Source: Vairimorpha necatrix
Taxonomy: Eukaryota
Reading direction: 5' to 3'
DNA: 64,000 nucleotides
NCBI GenBank assembly: GCA_036630325.1
Contig: CP142726.1
Coordinates: forward strand, 186,001 to 250,000
The notes beneath the pieces were generated by a model that had not been told where the DNA came from, searched no databases, and was given only the letters and a program-made list of their open reading frames with translations. This document shows positions 36,370 to 50,032 of the stretch, piece by piece; position 1 is the stretch's first letter, and each line of letters begins with the position of its first letter. The position numbers and the translations under genes were made by a program.

Positions 36370-38394
36370 CTTTATACTTAATAATGTTAAAGACAAAAAT
36401 TTTAAAGCATAATTTTTTACCACAATATAAGACTTCTCTATAAAAGCATAGCAATTAAAAAATATCTGGAAAAAAATTATCTATCTAATGTTCGTCGTGG
36501 AACAGCTCTTCTGTGCTCCTGAGATTATCCTGTAGATCAAAGAATGCTATTTTTAAGTTATCTCTTTTTTACACAATAATAATTGTCGGATGTTAAAATA
36601 TACAGTATCTTCCGTTAGCAAGCAATAAAAGAAACACATATGCATACAGGCATGATTATTATAAATTATTGGTTGAAACATCACCTGGACTGTTAAGAAA
36701 ACAACTGACTACATATACAACAATAAATTAATTCCAAAATTTATTTTAAATCAAGATTTTAGGTATATATATATATATGCTTTAACGTAAAAAAATTGAT
36801 AATGCCCTTGTATTTAGTATGTATCTTTATATTTTTGAAGTTTATTAGAGCTATTGTGCATAATAATGTCGTTTTACGAAGTTTAAATTCTTTTTCTTAG
36901 TAAATACTTAAATTGGATTTCGGAACATATAGAGTATCTTGAGATCGCGTTTTTTCTCTAGTATTATATTTAGTTAAATTGATGATGAATTAGATAATTG
37001 GGGGTTGTTTAAGCTCTTTGTGTAAAATTTATTCGAGCTAATTCAAAGTGTAAGTTTTTTTTAATTTACAGTAGTTCACTTTCTTCTAGTTATCCAAAGA
37101 AGATATTTATGAAAAAAATTTTTATAAATAAAGTAAATTTTTAAGAATAATGTTTTTGCGTTCTTGATATCGTCTTATTACACAATTAAAGAACAACGCT
37201 GAAAAATCTTAACAGAGTCTGTGGGCTTTTGTTCCATTTTAATTTAATTAATATGGCCTCAACCTAAATATTTATTGATCCTATCCGTCTTCATACCCCC
37301 ATCTAAAAGTTTTTTTTACTTATACGGAAAAATGTGTAGTATTTTCAGTCTATAAACATAGTTAAAGAGTGAATGAATATACTTATAGAATAGCATCGAT
37401 GGTCTCTAGAGTAATCTTAGAACCCCTGGAGATTTGTTCCTTAAAAAATTCTTTCGGCAAACTGTGGTGGATCTTCAAATAGTTAAATAATGAAATAAGG
37501 TTGTAGTATTACAATCATTACAAATCAGTTTTTTTTCTATTTTTTTCAGTTTCCTCTTTTTAGAAGAGACCATTCGCCTCATCTGTTCATAATATTTCTG
37601 GTTTTTTATTCTCGGCCATTACGAACACTACATAATCTTAAAAATAACAGATAATATCATTGCATCTAATATGCAAGAGCAAGGAAGGGCTTTTCATCTA
37701 GGAATTTGATTACTATAGATTTAACCAACGCAACTTTAATAAAGAATTTTATAATCCGATAAAACTTTATTCATGCATGGTTAGCTCCATTTTATACATT
37801 GTAGACTGTATGTCGATAAGTACACGTGTTTTATATTACATTAGTAGACCGCTTTATATTAAAATGCCGTATTAACCCAAATTTTTGCTATTTATAGTAC
37901 TTTTAGTACAATTATTATTCTTAAAAAATCAGAAGATGAACTTGTTGATGAACTTAGAAGAATATTATGATCTCTATAGGCTATGCATATCGATTGAGAC
38001 AATGTGGCCTTCCTGCACTTAATTTTAGCACAGCATACACGATATAAGCCTGAGAATGAGGAGTGTAAGAAAACTGTTTAGGTGCAGATAATATTTTATA
38101 TCTCGGAGCTAGCACAATGAAATTACTTACATTCAAATCACTAGCTAAGCGTATTAAATATTGATCTTTATGATGTGATTTAAATTAATTATAGCTTATG
38201 TCTATTCATGCAAAGTATAATTGATACGTCAAAGCCTTCTTCACACATGAAATTAGAATAATGCGGCATTTGAACATTCGAACTTTGTTGACTAAATTTT
38301 GATTTATTTAAAGTCCAGCTGGACCCTATGTAAAATTTTACGCTTCTTCTTGTTTAAAAAGATTAGTTAAATAGAAGACGATAAAAAAAAGCGC

Positions 38395-39704
38395 GGAGCT
38401 TTCCCACTTTAGTCCCCCCTTACATATATAAATATCAATTTTTAAAAAATATCCTTTTTTTTTCGAAAACCAAAATGAAAAAAAAAAGAAGTAGGAAAAA
38501 AAATTAAAAAAAAGTACTGTTTAAAATAATCGAATATCCAAAAATAATGATATAAATATTGTCAAATTAATTATAAAAATGTAAATTTAACTCTTTAAGT
38601 CGTCGTATGTTTCATATTTAGTATTTTTGTTTTTAATTTTTACAAAAAATAATAAGTAAACAAAATCTTCTATAAATTCATTTGTTGAACTTCTTTTAAT
38701 CATTTTTCATATTAAATGATTTTTAGTATTCTTAGTAACACTGATAAAGAATTTTTTATTCAATACCCTATTTCATGCTTAGCAACGAAGAAATATACAA
38801 AGCATATAAAAAAATAAAAGAAAAACTTCTTTTAATAAAATGCTTTAAATGTGGGAAAGAAGTCAAAATAAGACAGCAAAAACCGAATGTAGCCAGATGC
38901 ATTGGTAAAAAATGCCAAAAAAGAGAGGAGTCTTTTTACAATACAATTTTTGCTAAAACACACTTGGATCATATAACCATGTTAAAGATCCTGAACCTCT
39001 GGCCGACAAAAATCTCGCCTCTACATATTGCCAAATTGTTAGGTATTTTCTCCAGTGCAGTTTCGAGGTCCCTTCAACAGTTTTTGTTGCACGAGGTTTA
39101 TCACAAATACATGGAAAAAGCAAGAGAAACATTAGGAGGTAAAGATATTATAGTTGAAGTTGACGAAAGCAAATTTGGAAAACGAAAATACAACGTTGGC
39201 CATAAAGTAGAAGGTGTGTGGGTATTTGGGATGGTCGAACGGACTGTAAAAAGAAAAATTTTACTTGTTCCAGTCCCAAATAGATGCAAAAAATACTTTA
39301 CTAAACCTTATTTCAATATATATAGATAAACAATCGACAGTTTATTCAGATATGTGTAAAGGGTATACGAAAATGGAGTCTATAATTGCTAATAATTGTA
39401 CAGTTAATCATAGTAAGTGGGTTAAAGATCCCATTACTGGTGTTCATACCCACACCATAGAAGGTAATTGGTCTGCTGTAAAACGTCAAACACCGCTTAG
39501 ATGTAGAACAAAAACGTTTATTTACCCTTTTTATTAAGATTTATGTTACTTAGAAACTCTAAAGACAATTATTATGAAGTTTTATTAAATTTATCATTTT
39601 AATTTTTTCCTCCTCCTTTTTTTTTCATTTTGGTTTTCGAAAAAAGGGATTTTTTTGAAAAATTGTTTATATATGTAAGGGGGGGACTAAAGTGGTTTTT
39701 GACC
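38395..39704 (+). mobile_element. Full-length Merlin (IS1595/ISXO2-like) transposon with a perfect 8-bp TSD
   Basis: AAAAGCGC at 38387-38394 and 39705-39712; GG...CC ends; ~110-bp imperfect TIRs (ccactttagtccccccttacatatataaa...). Confidence 0.93.
38775..39601 (+). pseudogene. Merlin transposase with two homopolymer frameshifts
   Basis: CxxC...C Zn finger, VEVDESKFGKRKYNVG, WVFGMVER, VYSD, TVNHS and GVHTHTIEGNW. Frame changes occur in the A-run near 39289 and the T-run near 39530. Confidence 0.88.
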
Positions 39705-42700
39705 AAAAGCGCAAAGCCAATTATTTGCGTATAGTAAATTTAATAAAAACTCAAAACATAAAAAACTTCTTAATAGGACCAACTAAAATAATATCAAAAT
39801 TACATAACTGATATCGAATGGCGTAAATTGTTGTTTATAGTATGGAAAATTATTTTAGATCTACTTGTGATTTTGATGATATTCTTTTTGATAAAAAATG
39901 TTCTCAAAACTCGAATAAAAATAGTACATGGCTATTTCTGACAAATAGCTATCATAAAAATTCTTTTAATTTTTCTTGTGAGTATTGCCTTAGTTCATTG
40001 AATCAATGGCACTATTTTTCGTCAAATAAATAGACATGCATCTAGAGTTCCGCTCTTTTTTTTTTAATAATTCGATTTTTAAAATGCCGACCAAACATAA
40101 ATTTCACAAAAAAGAAAACTAACATAAGAAGAAAATTTTAAATTACTTGAAAATCAATTTAAATATAATTTGTCAGGCTTAAATTACGGTTGTGCGTTAT
40201 TTTTTTTATAAAAAAATACGAGGCTAATTATTTAATCAATTATTTCAACCTATATCAAGAAAAACGAGCTTTTAAGTTAGAAAATTTATCTTCACTTTTC
40301 TTTGTGCACTCAAAATTCGGATCTATGATGGTAGAAAGGCTTGCCTTTATAACAAAAACTGTTTCTTTACAGGCCGAGACGACTTGTCGACAATATCTAT
40401 AATTGTGAATTTTTTGTGATGCTTTCGTATATTAACTATAGGTAGATGTTCTTTAATCATCCATTTGTGACTGTAAACTTCTTTTCTTGCGTTTTTACAA
40501 AAAAAATTAAAAATACTACTTACTTTACATATGGCCTTTATTTTACTTCCATTTCTCTACATAGATTCTTCGATCGAAAATTTCATTCTTTAGTAATAAA
40601 AAACAATTACTAAAAATCAAGATAAGTGTTATACTATTTAGTGATTTGATTGCTATCTGAAATATATACATAAGCAATTGTTTTGGAAAAATTTCAACAA
40701 AAATAATATTCAATAAAAATTATAACCCTATTTTTTTATTCAATTGATTAAAAAGCATTCCAATTAAACATTCATTTTATAATGCATAAGTAATTAGTTT
40801 ATAGTATTAATTTATACAGATCACGTTTACTGCGTAAAGGGGGTTTATTAGAATCATTATATTTTTTATCTTGTATTTCTTTTGACGAAATTTTACTTTT
40901 AGTCTCTTTTCTCAGACTCTTATAACTATATTTTTTTGACGTGGAGATATAGGAGCAAATTACAAAACTTATTGTTTTTAAAATTGGCACAAGTCAATTA
41001 GCCATAATAAAATTAGAATGTTACATATTAAATCGCTAGTTTATTTTTATTACATAGAACTTGTAAAATGGAAGAATTTTTAGCATTCTGAAAATTTATT
41101 AAGTTATGTACCAGATGTTCTAATTGAAAATATACAAGTAGAGAATAAATGGAAAAATTTACAGCTATAAATTAAGATATAATGATTAACTGAACTATGA
41201 TAACTACATATGAGCTATATTTTTAAAGACACATATGGATACAATGAAAAAATAATTACATTCTCTCGGCGTTAAAGTCATAAGAAGATTTTTAATCTTG
41301 AATCGAATAACTCTTGACGCAATTTATGATTTAATTTCCACGATAAAAATACATTTTCGTATATTTATATTTTTACGGCTTATTACAAAGAATATACACT
41401 AATTTTAATTATTTATTTCGTAGCCGATCAAATACTGACCAATCATCTTCTTACAATCGGCTTGCTTTGATTGACTACAAAATGTATTTAAAACATTTCC
41501 TAAAGAATTAATGGAAAATATGAATAAAGTTATTGAGAATCTATATGTGTATATTTATTTGATTTTATTATTATAAATTTTTTTCTATTTTCCTAGCTGA
41601 AAAATTAGACCTTTAATAAAACCCGTAACTCGAATGCATCCAAAATGATGATTAGATAAACTTTACTCAAAAATTCAATGATATATATATATAAGAGGTG
41701 TCCATTGTGAATGTTTCCTACAAGATTATGGGAATTAAATTTTTTAATTGAAAGCAGAGACGTTAAATTTTTAAATGTTTATGCCATGGATTTAGTTGAC
41801 ATACTCCAACACTGTGATTAATAGTGTTTGTGAACCATCCAAAATTTTTTTAGCCTCACATTAAATAAAATTAAATTGCATAATAATGTATATAAAAAAA
41901 TCCTAGTTTATTTTTAAACCACTTATCATAAAGTTTACGTGAAATAATAATTAATTGTGGGGTAAAAGTATCTTACGACATTACAAATAAATATTGTTCC
42001 TATCTTTTTTATGTCTAAAAAATATGATAATATTAACATATAAAATATAAATCTTTAAAGATGGCTTTGAGAATTTTTAACCTTGAACTGGTCAGGATAG
42101 AGAGAAAACCTAAAACTTACAAATTTTTTCGCCACAATAATTAAGTTTTCATAAATTTAAAATAAAAAAGATTCATTAAGTTAATCTATCATGAGTCTTA
42201 AATAGTTAAAGCACAGCTTCTGGTATTGCTCATGGATATTGGCTCTTCAAAGACTTTGGTTTCTGTTGAAATATTTATGTTTCTCAATTCCAAATTTTCT
42301 GCCTCATTTTCTTTGCCGACACCACCTCTTTAACAGTCGCCAAATTCGCTAGTGCGCTTACATAAGTTTAAAAAATATCACTGATATAAATTATTAATCG
42401 CGATTGTTTTACTTAATTGTAAGTTAAGGGTAAAATTTACTAAGTATATATTCTCAATATCCCTGCGGTAAATTTAAACTGGGTGATATAATAATCTTTA
42501 TTTTTCTACGCCTACTACTTAGCTCTCAAAATATAATAGCAATTTTTATGTTAACTGACCATGGGCGGCGCCAATTATTTCACTCTTACTATCCTTTCTT
42601 GTATTAGTCTTTACGGTACTTTAATTTCTTGTTATAATATATATAGTATATGGGCTTAAGATTTTTTATATTACATGTCTTCCCAACAAATAAACCAGAT

Positions 42701-43129
42701 TTGATCAGTCTATCTCATTCTTCAACTACGACGCAGTTTTTTTGATTTCTTCTCTTTTTAAATTTTTTTGAATTTTTATACACTGGTGGTTTAGCTATCT
42801 TGCCACAATAGCTTAAATTCAAATAGTGGGACTACCACTACGCTCAATCTAGACATCTTTTGTGCCAAATCTTTTTACAGTCAATACTGTTTCTTTGCTA
42901 CTCTCCATAGCTCCTCTAAGTCTTCAAATAATTGGGTCTGTCGACCGATGCAAGCCAATACCTTCTCTTCTGTCAGACAACCAACCATCCTCATTTTAAC
43001 ATCTGCTGCATTTTTTACGTCACATGCTTTACGCAACTTACGACTTCTTCCCTTGTTTTTTTTGTTTTAATTCGAACATTGTTTTGTTCTCCGCCATGTT
43101 AAAGATAATTGTAAGTATAGGTTATAATA

Positions 43130-43460
43130 AATGTTCCCAACTCGATGATTCTTTCACAATTTCTGTTGCTATTTCTTAAATCTTATATTACTTTTTATGT
43201 CATTGCATTGTAAATAAGAAGGAGCTATCTAGATTTATATTTTAGTTGATTATTATTTTTCTGGTCTTGATCTTATATTAAATTTTAACTCTATGGCATC
43301 CCAAAAAAAAATCTTATTATATATATACAGAAAGTGCTTACGAAAAGAAGTTCGCTTGACTGGCAGCTGATTATATATTTTTGAGACTATGTTTTTTAGT
43401 GCCAAATCATGTATGAACTCGTGTCTTAAATTTGGTATTATACAAAGCCACATAAAAAAA
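43130..43460 (-). mobile_element. Possible decayed non-LTR retrotransposon endonuclease fragment
   Basis: ORF 43253-43453 reads HDLALKNI...KIFFWD...RSRPE, similar to the RHD...KIxWD...RPD pattern of RLE-type elements; weak. Confidence 0.3.
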
Positions 43461-43986
43461 ATGTTTCTCTAAAACATTGTAGTTCATGTGAGCTTGGAAT
43501 TTTTTTTTTCGTATGAAGATTACGTATATATATATATATATAGCCACGACATTGCCAAGTCCTATATACTTTTAATACTTAAAATATTCAACAACTATTA
43601 ACGCGTAATAAACGTTTTCTTGGACTGTGAGTATCAGAAAACTCTTCTTATTTATATAAATTCTTAATTTAATTCAAAATGTTTTTATTTAAAAAAGTGC
43701 ATTAGGATTATTTGCGTTGCCTTTCGTTCATTAAGAAAAAATACCAATGGGCCATATCTAAAAAACAATGAATACAATAACGAGTAAACTGAAACCGAAA
43801 AATCGAATAAAAAGTATGATCTTAAAAAAATACATAAAAAATTCTTTATAGAAATATCATGGCATTATGTAGCAAAATTTTCTTCGAAAATTTATAACAA
43901 TTCGTTTAGACTTTGTTTCTAAATTTATTGGTTATAAATAAAAATTTGTTTTAAGTTATGTATAAATCTAATATTTGTAGCATACA

Positions 43987-44508
43987 ATGATTCTAATATT
44001 TTTATGTAAAACTTTACAATTCTACATAAAGCATCTTAACGAAGACCGATTTATAAAAGGTTCGTATAGTAATAGCGATGTAAATTCTGTTGCGAAATCA
44101 GATGTAAGTTCAAATAAGGATTTTTTTGCGGTAGTTAGTATGGGCGAGGGAATGCTTGTAATAAAAACAAGTAATGGAAAAGCTGTATGGGATATTGGCA
44201 ATGCATGGACATTAACATACAACAATAATGTGCATAAGAAGGATAATCAACATTTTTATTTTTCATTAATTGAACCAAAAACATTTATAATTAAAAATCG
44301 AGGTAAATGTATTGAATATGATAAAAATGATGATAAATATTATTCAAAAAATTGTACTCTTCAAGACAATCAGAAATTCCAAGTCCTGGAAGATAAAAAT
44401 GAGGCAGTTGATTTTCTATATTCTAAAGCCAAAGGAAAACTGAATTATAAACAAAAATCTAATAAAAAAATTAAAACAATGAAAATAATTATACTTCATA
44501 GATTATAA
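43987..44508 (+). CDS. Secreted ricin-B-lectin-like protein (RBL-5; close paralogue of 50033) with a decayed tail
   Basis: AVWDIG, DNQHFYF, GKCIEYD and CTLQDNQKF motifs. Confidence 0.82.
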   Translation: MILIFLCKTLQFYIKHLNEDRFIKGSYSNSDVNSVAKSDVSSNKDFFAVVSMGEGMLVIKTSNGKAVWDIGNAWTLTYNNNVHKKDNQHFYFSLIEPKTFIIKNRGKCIEYDKNDDKYYSKNCTLQDNQKFQVLEDKNEAVDFLYSKAKGKLNYKQKSNKKIKTMKIIILHRL

Positions 44509-44708
44509 GATAAGGAAGGTTTAAGCACTTAATCAAGACACCATTTGCATAAAACAAGACAAAGCCATTTTGTCAAAAATAATAACTGTTTTTTTAAAAA
44601 CTATGCAATAAATCTTTTACTAATAAAATTAAACCCCCATATTTTATAGAAAGACTTGGTAGTGCTTCTTTTCTTAGTACTTTATGAGCTAAAAATAATT
44701 CTTTTTTT

Positions 44709-45798
44709 GGTGCTTCTTTGGTATTCGATCAGAGATTTTTTTAAAAAAATTCCGACCCCTAAAAATGAAAAATTCGGATTTTGAAATTTCTGATCTAATA
44801 CCGAAGAAAGGCACGAAAGTGAAATCAAGCCACTAAAGAGGATTTTCTACGGCAATGACAATTGTTTGAACTTAATAATTGAGTTTTAAGTGCTTTCAGA
44901 ACAAAAAATATGTTTTAAATGCAGTGAGGTTGCAAAATTAATGTTATTTAATGAAAGAGGCATTAAAAGAGTGGTATACAGGTGCACAGACTATAAGTGC
45001 TATCCAAAAGTATCCATAAATAAAGGAAGCAAGTTGTCTTTGAATAACTACTGCGAATTAATATTTTTAATTCTATGTAGAAGTAGCTATTTTATTTTAG
45101 AAGCAAAATTGGGAGTTTCGTCTTCAATTGTAGCCAAAGCAAAAAAACGACTTAGACAAATTTTTAAAAATAGAATGTCTAAAGTTTATTTTGGTGGACC
45201 AGGTAAAATTGTCCAAGTTGATGAGTCTGTCATCTGTAGAAGATGTAAAATAAGATATCCAACAAGCTCAGACGATTCAATTCCTGACACTGTTTGGATA
45301 TTAGGGGTAGTAGAGGCTGATAATCGCGCAAACTTTTACATTACAAGAGTTGAGAACAGAACCGTAGAGTGTTTAACAGAGGCTTTAAAAAGTAAAATAG
45401 GTATAAGTTCGATTTTACATAGTGATGATCATCCAACTTATTCGGTTTGGCTCGAAATCTTTGTCTCGAGCATAAGGTTGTAAAACATTCTTTAGGTTTT
45501 AGATCTCCAGATGGAACTCATACAAAAAATATTAGAACATTTGGTCGCAGTTAAAATCTGAAATGACCAAGGAACATGGAGTTAAGCGTACAGAAATTGA
45601 TACTTGGCTTATTGAATTTATGTTTAGGAAATTTTATTGTAAAGGTGACGATTTAAATGAGTTTTATGATTGTTATCTTTATTTATTATCTAATTTATTT
45701 AATTAAAATTATATTTCTAGTATTTTTTTCTATTTTTTCATTATTTTTTCTTTACAAGGGGGGGGTCTTTGGGTCCGATCGAATACGAAAGAAGCACC
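44709..45798 (+). mobile_element. Merlin transposon (third family) with a frameshifted transposase
   Basis: 25-bp TIRs ggtgcttctttggtattcgatcaga / tccgatcgaatacgaaagaagcacc; flanks cttttttt/tttttttt (7/8). Transposase motifs GGPGKIVQVDES, WILGVVE and LHSD; presumed ATG at 44765 behind CCCC. Confidence 0.88.
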
Positions 45799-48700
45799 TT
45801 TTTTTTTATTTCAATCGTTTTTTATGTGTTTCGCAGTAATTAATAGCTGCATATTGGTTTCTTAGTTCTTTAAGTTTGTAAATCGTCTGTTCACTTTTGT
45901 CCTTTTTATATTTTTTACAACAAAACATAAACTTCTCCTTACATCGCAGAATAAATTTTCTTCTTTCCGATTTTGTATAGACTTTAAAAACTGATATTTT
46001 GGTGTCTGTGTTCATTAAGTATTTATAGTAACTTTTTTAAAGGTAACAGCTATCTGTATTTTTAAAAGCGGAGCGATGCTATAATAATAGCGCATGTATA
46101 TACTTATGTATTTATTGCGACCGGTATATGTCTAACATGAATACTTAAATGAATGTTTGTTATAGAATTTCATGGCTAAGTATATGTTAATATTAAACTC
46201 ATAAGCAATAATCTATATGAACAAAATACTAATTTTTTGCAGCACTTTTGTTTTTAATGAAAATGTGATAAATAAAAACATTATACCTTTCGACAACATA
46301 TAGATGACCATCTCTTAAGTAATCATAATTTGATATTAATTCTAATTTAAATGATGCATCAAATGCAGTGGTCGATAAAAAATTTCCTTATGACAAAAAT
46401 GAAGATAATGAGTTAATTTCTACAATGTTTTTTCAGAACTTTCCAAACATTAAAGTAAAGATGGTCTAATCTTTATGTAACATATTATAAATATCCGCTT
46501 ATATACCTGTTTTAAATTGCCATAGTCTATTTTTTTTCAATTTAACATAAAAGATCCTTTGAAATCATCGTGTGATATACGTATGTGTTTCATTTTATAT
46601 TCTTGTTCTATTTTAGCTTTTTTATACAATATTTAATTTTAAACCCAACAAGTTATGTAGTACTTTACAAAACATACTCAATTCCAAGTTTTAATTAAAA
46701 ATAATCTAAGTTGGAATAGACTTAATCATAAAAATATTGTGTAATCATTGTATATACTATAAATGAAAAAAATATCAATTATGGGGGGTTTTTTAAAAAA
46801 AATTATACTATATAATATATGACTTATGTATTCATTTTTTTTATTTGTGTCCTCATAAAAAACATTGCAATTGTAGTAAGAGCTAATATTTAAATGTTGT
46901 CATGTCTGTTCTTTTTTATTAAAGATACTCTATTAAAAAGATAAGTATTTCCGTGCACACTTACGTTTAAATATTTCATTTATAGTGCTTGAATAATTGT
47001 TGTAAATATAACCTATATATTTAATTGTATCATTATGAAGAAGGAAAAAATAAATTTGCTAGTAATAATGTGAAGATTTATGTAAAACATGATTCAAAAA
47101 TTTATAAAATAGAACACATAAGATAATAATGTGTCTTTAATTATCATGTGACTTAAGTTTAAATAACTTATTTCTGTTTGAATTTGGCAATTATGACGGA
47201 AACCGTTTGAAGTATAAAATTTGATAGAACTCCTCAAAATTTTTTGCTTTAAAATTATGGCTCGAAAAATAGTGGTTAAATGTATTGTATTGCTACATAA
47301 AGGAGGGAGTTGAGCTAAAAACACCAAATTTAGTTACTACTGATGTGTGTTATATGGTTTAAAAATATGTCTACGTTATATTTAAGTTAATTAATATAAA
47401 GCTAGTATTTCCGACAATAAGGGTTTACATAATTTTGAAAAACGCAATTAATGGCCTTAAGGAATGTAAGTTCAATTCTATTTTGAAATAAGTGAAGTAC
47501 TACTTGGGTAAAGCCTCTTTTGGTCGGAGCACGTTGAGATTGAATTCTCAATCCAAATTAAAGGACAGGACACTTAGAGGATTTTTTTTGTTATACGTAT
47601 TCTATAAGATTCCTGAAACCCCTTGTCCGAAATTTGTGCGATAAATGATCACGCTTCAATAAAATGCAAAGTTAGGGCGTGGCGGTATGAGAAGCCTTGA
47701 GTTTGTGCAAATGATTGCGGGACCTTTGAACTAGTACGGCGATGTTCTTTCTTGGGTTAGATAATATCTGCTGTATATTTCTGCTGATGAAATGGATATA
47801 AGGGGGAATTTTTTAACAACTGCATATTGTTTATCTTTATATGACAGAGCTTGCTATTGCATTTTAATGTAGATTATCTATAAAGTAAAAATCGAAAGGA
47901 TTATAAAGAATTGCAGTCATAAAAATCCCTGATCTTTATGTAAGGTCAAATTATTATATCAATGCAAGTAGAAAAAATTATTTTTTCGGATTACAATAAA
48001 AAACATTATTATTTAAGAATGAATAAAAAATTCACAGAAAAATATTATACGATCGTATTATTAAATAAAATCGTTGAATTTACAAGAGGCAACCTAAAAA
48101 TCTAATTTTGGTTTTTTTTGTGCAAATACACTGCTACAGAGCATAATCCTCAATACATTAAAGCTTTTTAAAAGTAATTTATTCAAAATATTGAGTATAA
48201 TGATTCGATTGCTTGATGTGTGCTGTTCAAACTAACTATATGTTACATTTGAAAAAAAACAATATTTTATAACCATCAAGAATTTTTACCTGTAATATTA
48301 GCAATATAAACATTGTAAAAAAGTAAAGATCCATTTCAATTTATACCATTTTAAAAGGCTTGGTGCTGATGGTTAGTTGTGCCAGCATAAAAAAAAATTT
48401 AAAAATAAGAGTGTGTCTATAAGAAAAGAAAACGAGGTATTAATTTGACTGTTTGTTTTGCTGCGCATGTCGACATTAAGACAAATATTTATTTTGATGT
48501 CTTGAATGTTTTACACTTATATATCATTACGAGAGTCTTAGAATAGAAAATAAGGGGCATTCAAAAAAACGAATGATGTGTATAAACAAGTCGTTGAAGT
48601 AAAATAAGGTTATATATCCTTCTTTTTTAAGATCAAGTAGTAAAAGCTTTGTCTGTTCAAAACTACTTGTTTCGAGATGTTATTATAGGACTTTCGATGT

Positions 48701-50032
48701 TTTACGGAAATTTACTCATTTTGAAATATAGTTTTTCTTATTTTTTTATTTATGATATTTTAGGCTGCTTAGTACAATGTTCAATGTTAACCTCAACTAT
48801 TGTTACATATGTATTTTTTACCCTATATGCGTACCCTTAATATAAATTTTAAGAAACCCGTTTTTTTTAACAAATGAACTACTCTCGGGATTGAGAGTAA
48901 ATGAGTAAAAATAGAAATAATAAATTATAATTTGCATTTTCTTTCAATAATGTTTTTTGAAGCTGTTTATCTATAAAAATAATAAAAAAAATTAATCCCA
49001 TAATTTTTTGTCAAAAGTCTTCGATCCCACCCCTAAGGATTATACATAATAAAAGAAAAAAATCATGGATCCGAAAAAATTATTTACAAATTATATTTGA
49101 ATAACTTTTTATTTTATTTAATATTTTAAAAATGCTTTGCAGAAATTGCTACTTTTTTAACAATAAACGCTTTCATTGATTGTCCTAAAATTTGACAAGA
49201 TGCATATGTATTTCTCATTACATAACGAAATACTCTACAATTACAATAAAGTTTTCATGTTAAGTAGATTTTAATTTTTACCATTTTTTTAAGTTGAGCA
49301 TTTATATATTATTTTCAAGATCTTTCTATACATAAACCTGTTATTGATTGCCAACCAATTTCTAAACAAGAAAATTTCCCCATAATAAATTACTAAATTT
49401 ATTTAATATGTTATTTTTTAATTCATTAAAAATACTAGACTTGTGATATTTTTTATGATTTTGATTTTACTGCCTTTGTGATATTTAATTTATCTAAAAT
49501 TTTTACCATTGATTTTCATTGTAAAGTTCGCATTTTTATGTGTTCCAGTTGAACTACGTTCCTTAATATTGAGAAAAATCGTATCTTTAGGTTTTTGTAG
49601 TAAAGAGCATTTTACCAAAATTAAAAGAAATATTTTTTTTTATGATGCATAATATAATGCAAAGGAAATATTTTAAGACAATTTATTTCATTTTAAAAAC
49701 GAAACAAATTGCTTAGAAAATGTCATTAAGTGGTGCGATTTTTGACATCTGCTTCTTGTTTTATATTTTTTTGACGTGGCCGAAAAAAATTATGTTGGTC
49801 ATAACAGTAATACTTTGACAACGGCCAATCGAGTAATTATATCACAAATCCTATCTTTTTAAAGACGCCAACCTTGTATTCATGTTTTTTATAAATTTTG
49901 CATTTTTAATATGTTGATTTTTTTTGTTTCATCAAAATCTGTTAATTAATTTAATAGTGTTTCGGATTTTGTTGGTTAAATTAAATAGATTATGTTTCAT
50001 GTCGTTTATAAATATATTATTTTCATCACTTT

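Noticed and set aside
36490-38380. Possible retroelement integrase relic (KPEILxTD-like on the minus strand near 37600)
   Set aside because: One weak motif in heavily decayed sequence; not enough to call.
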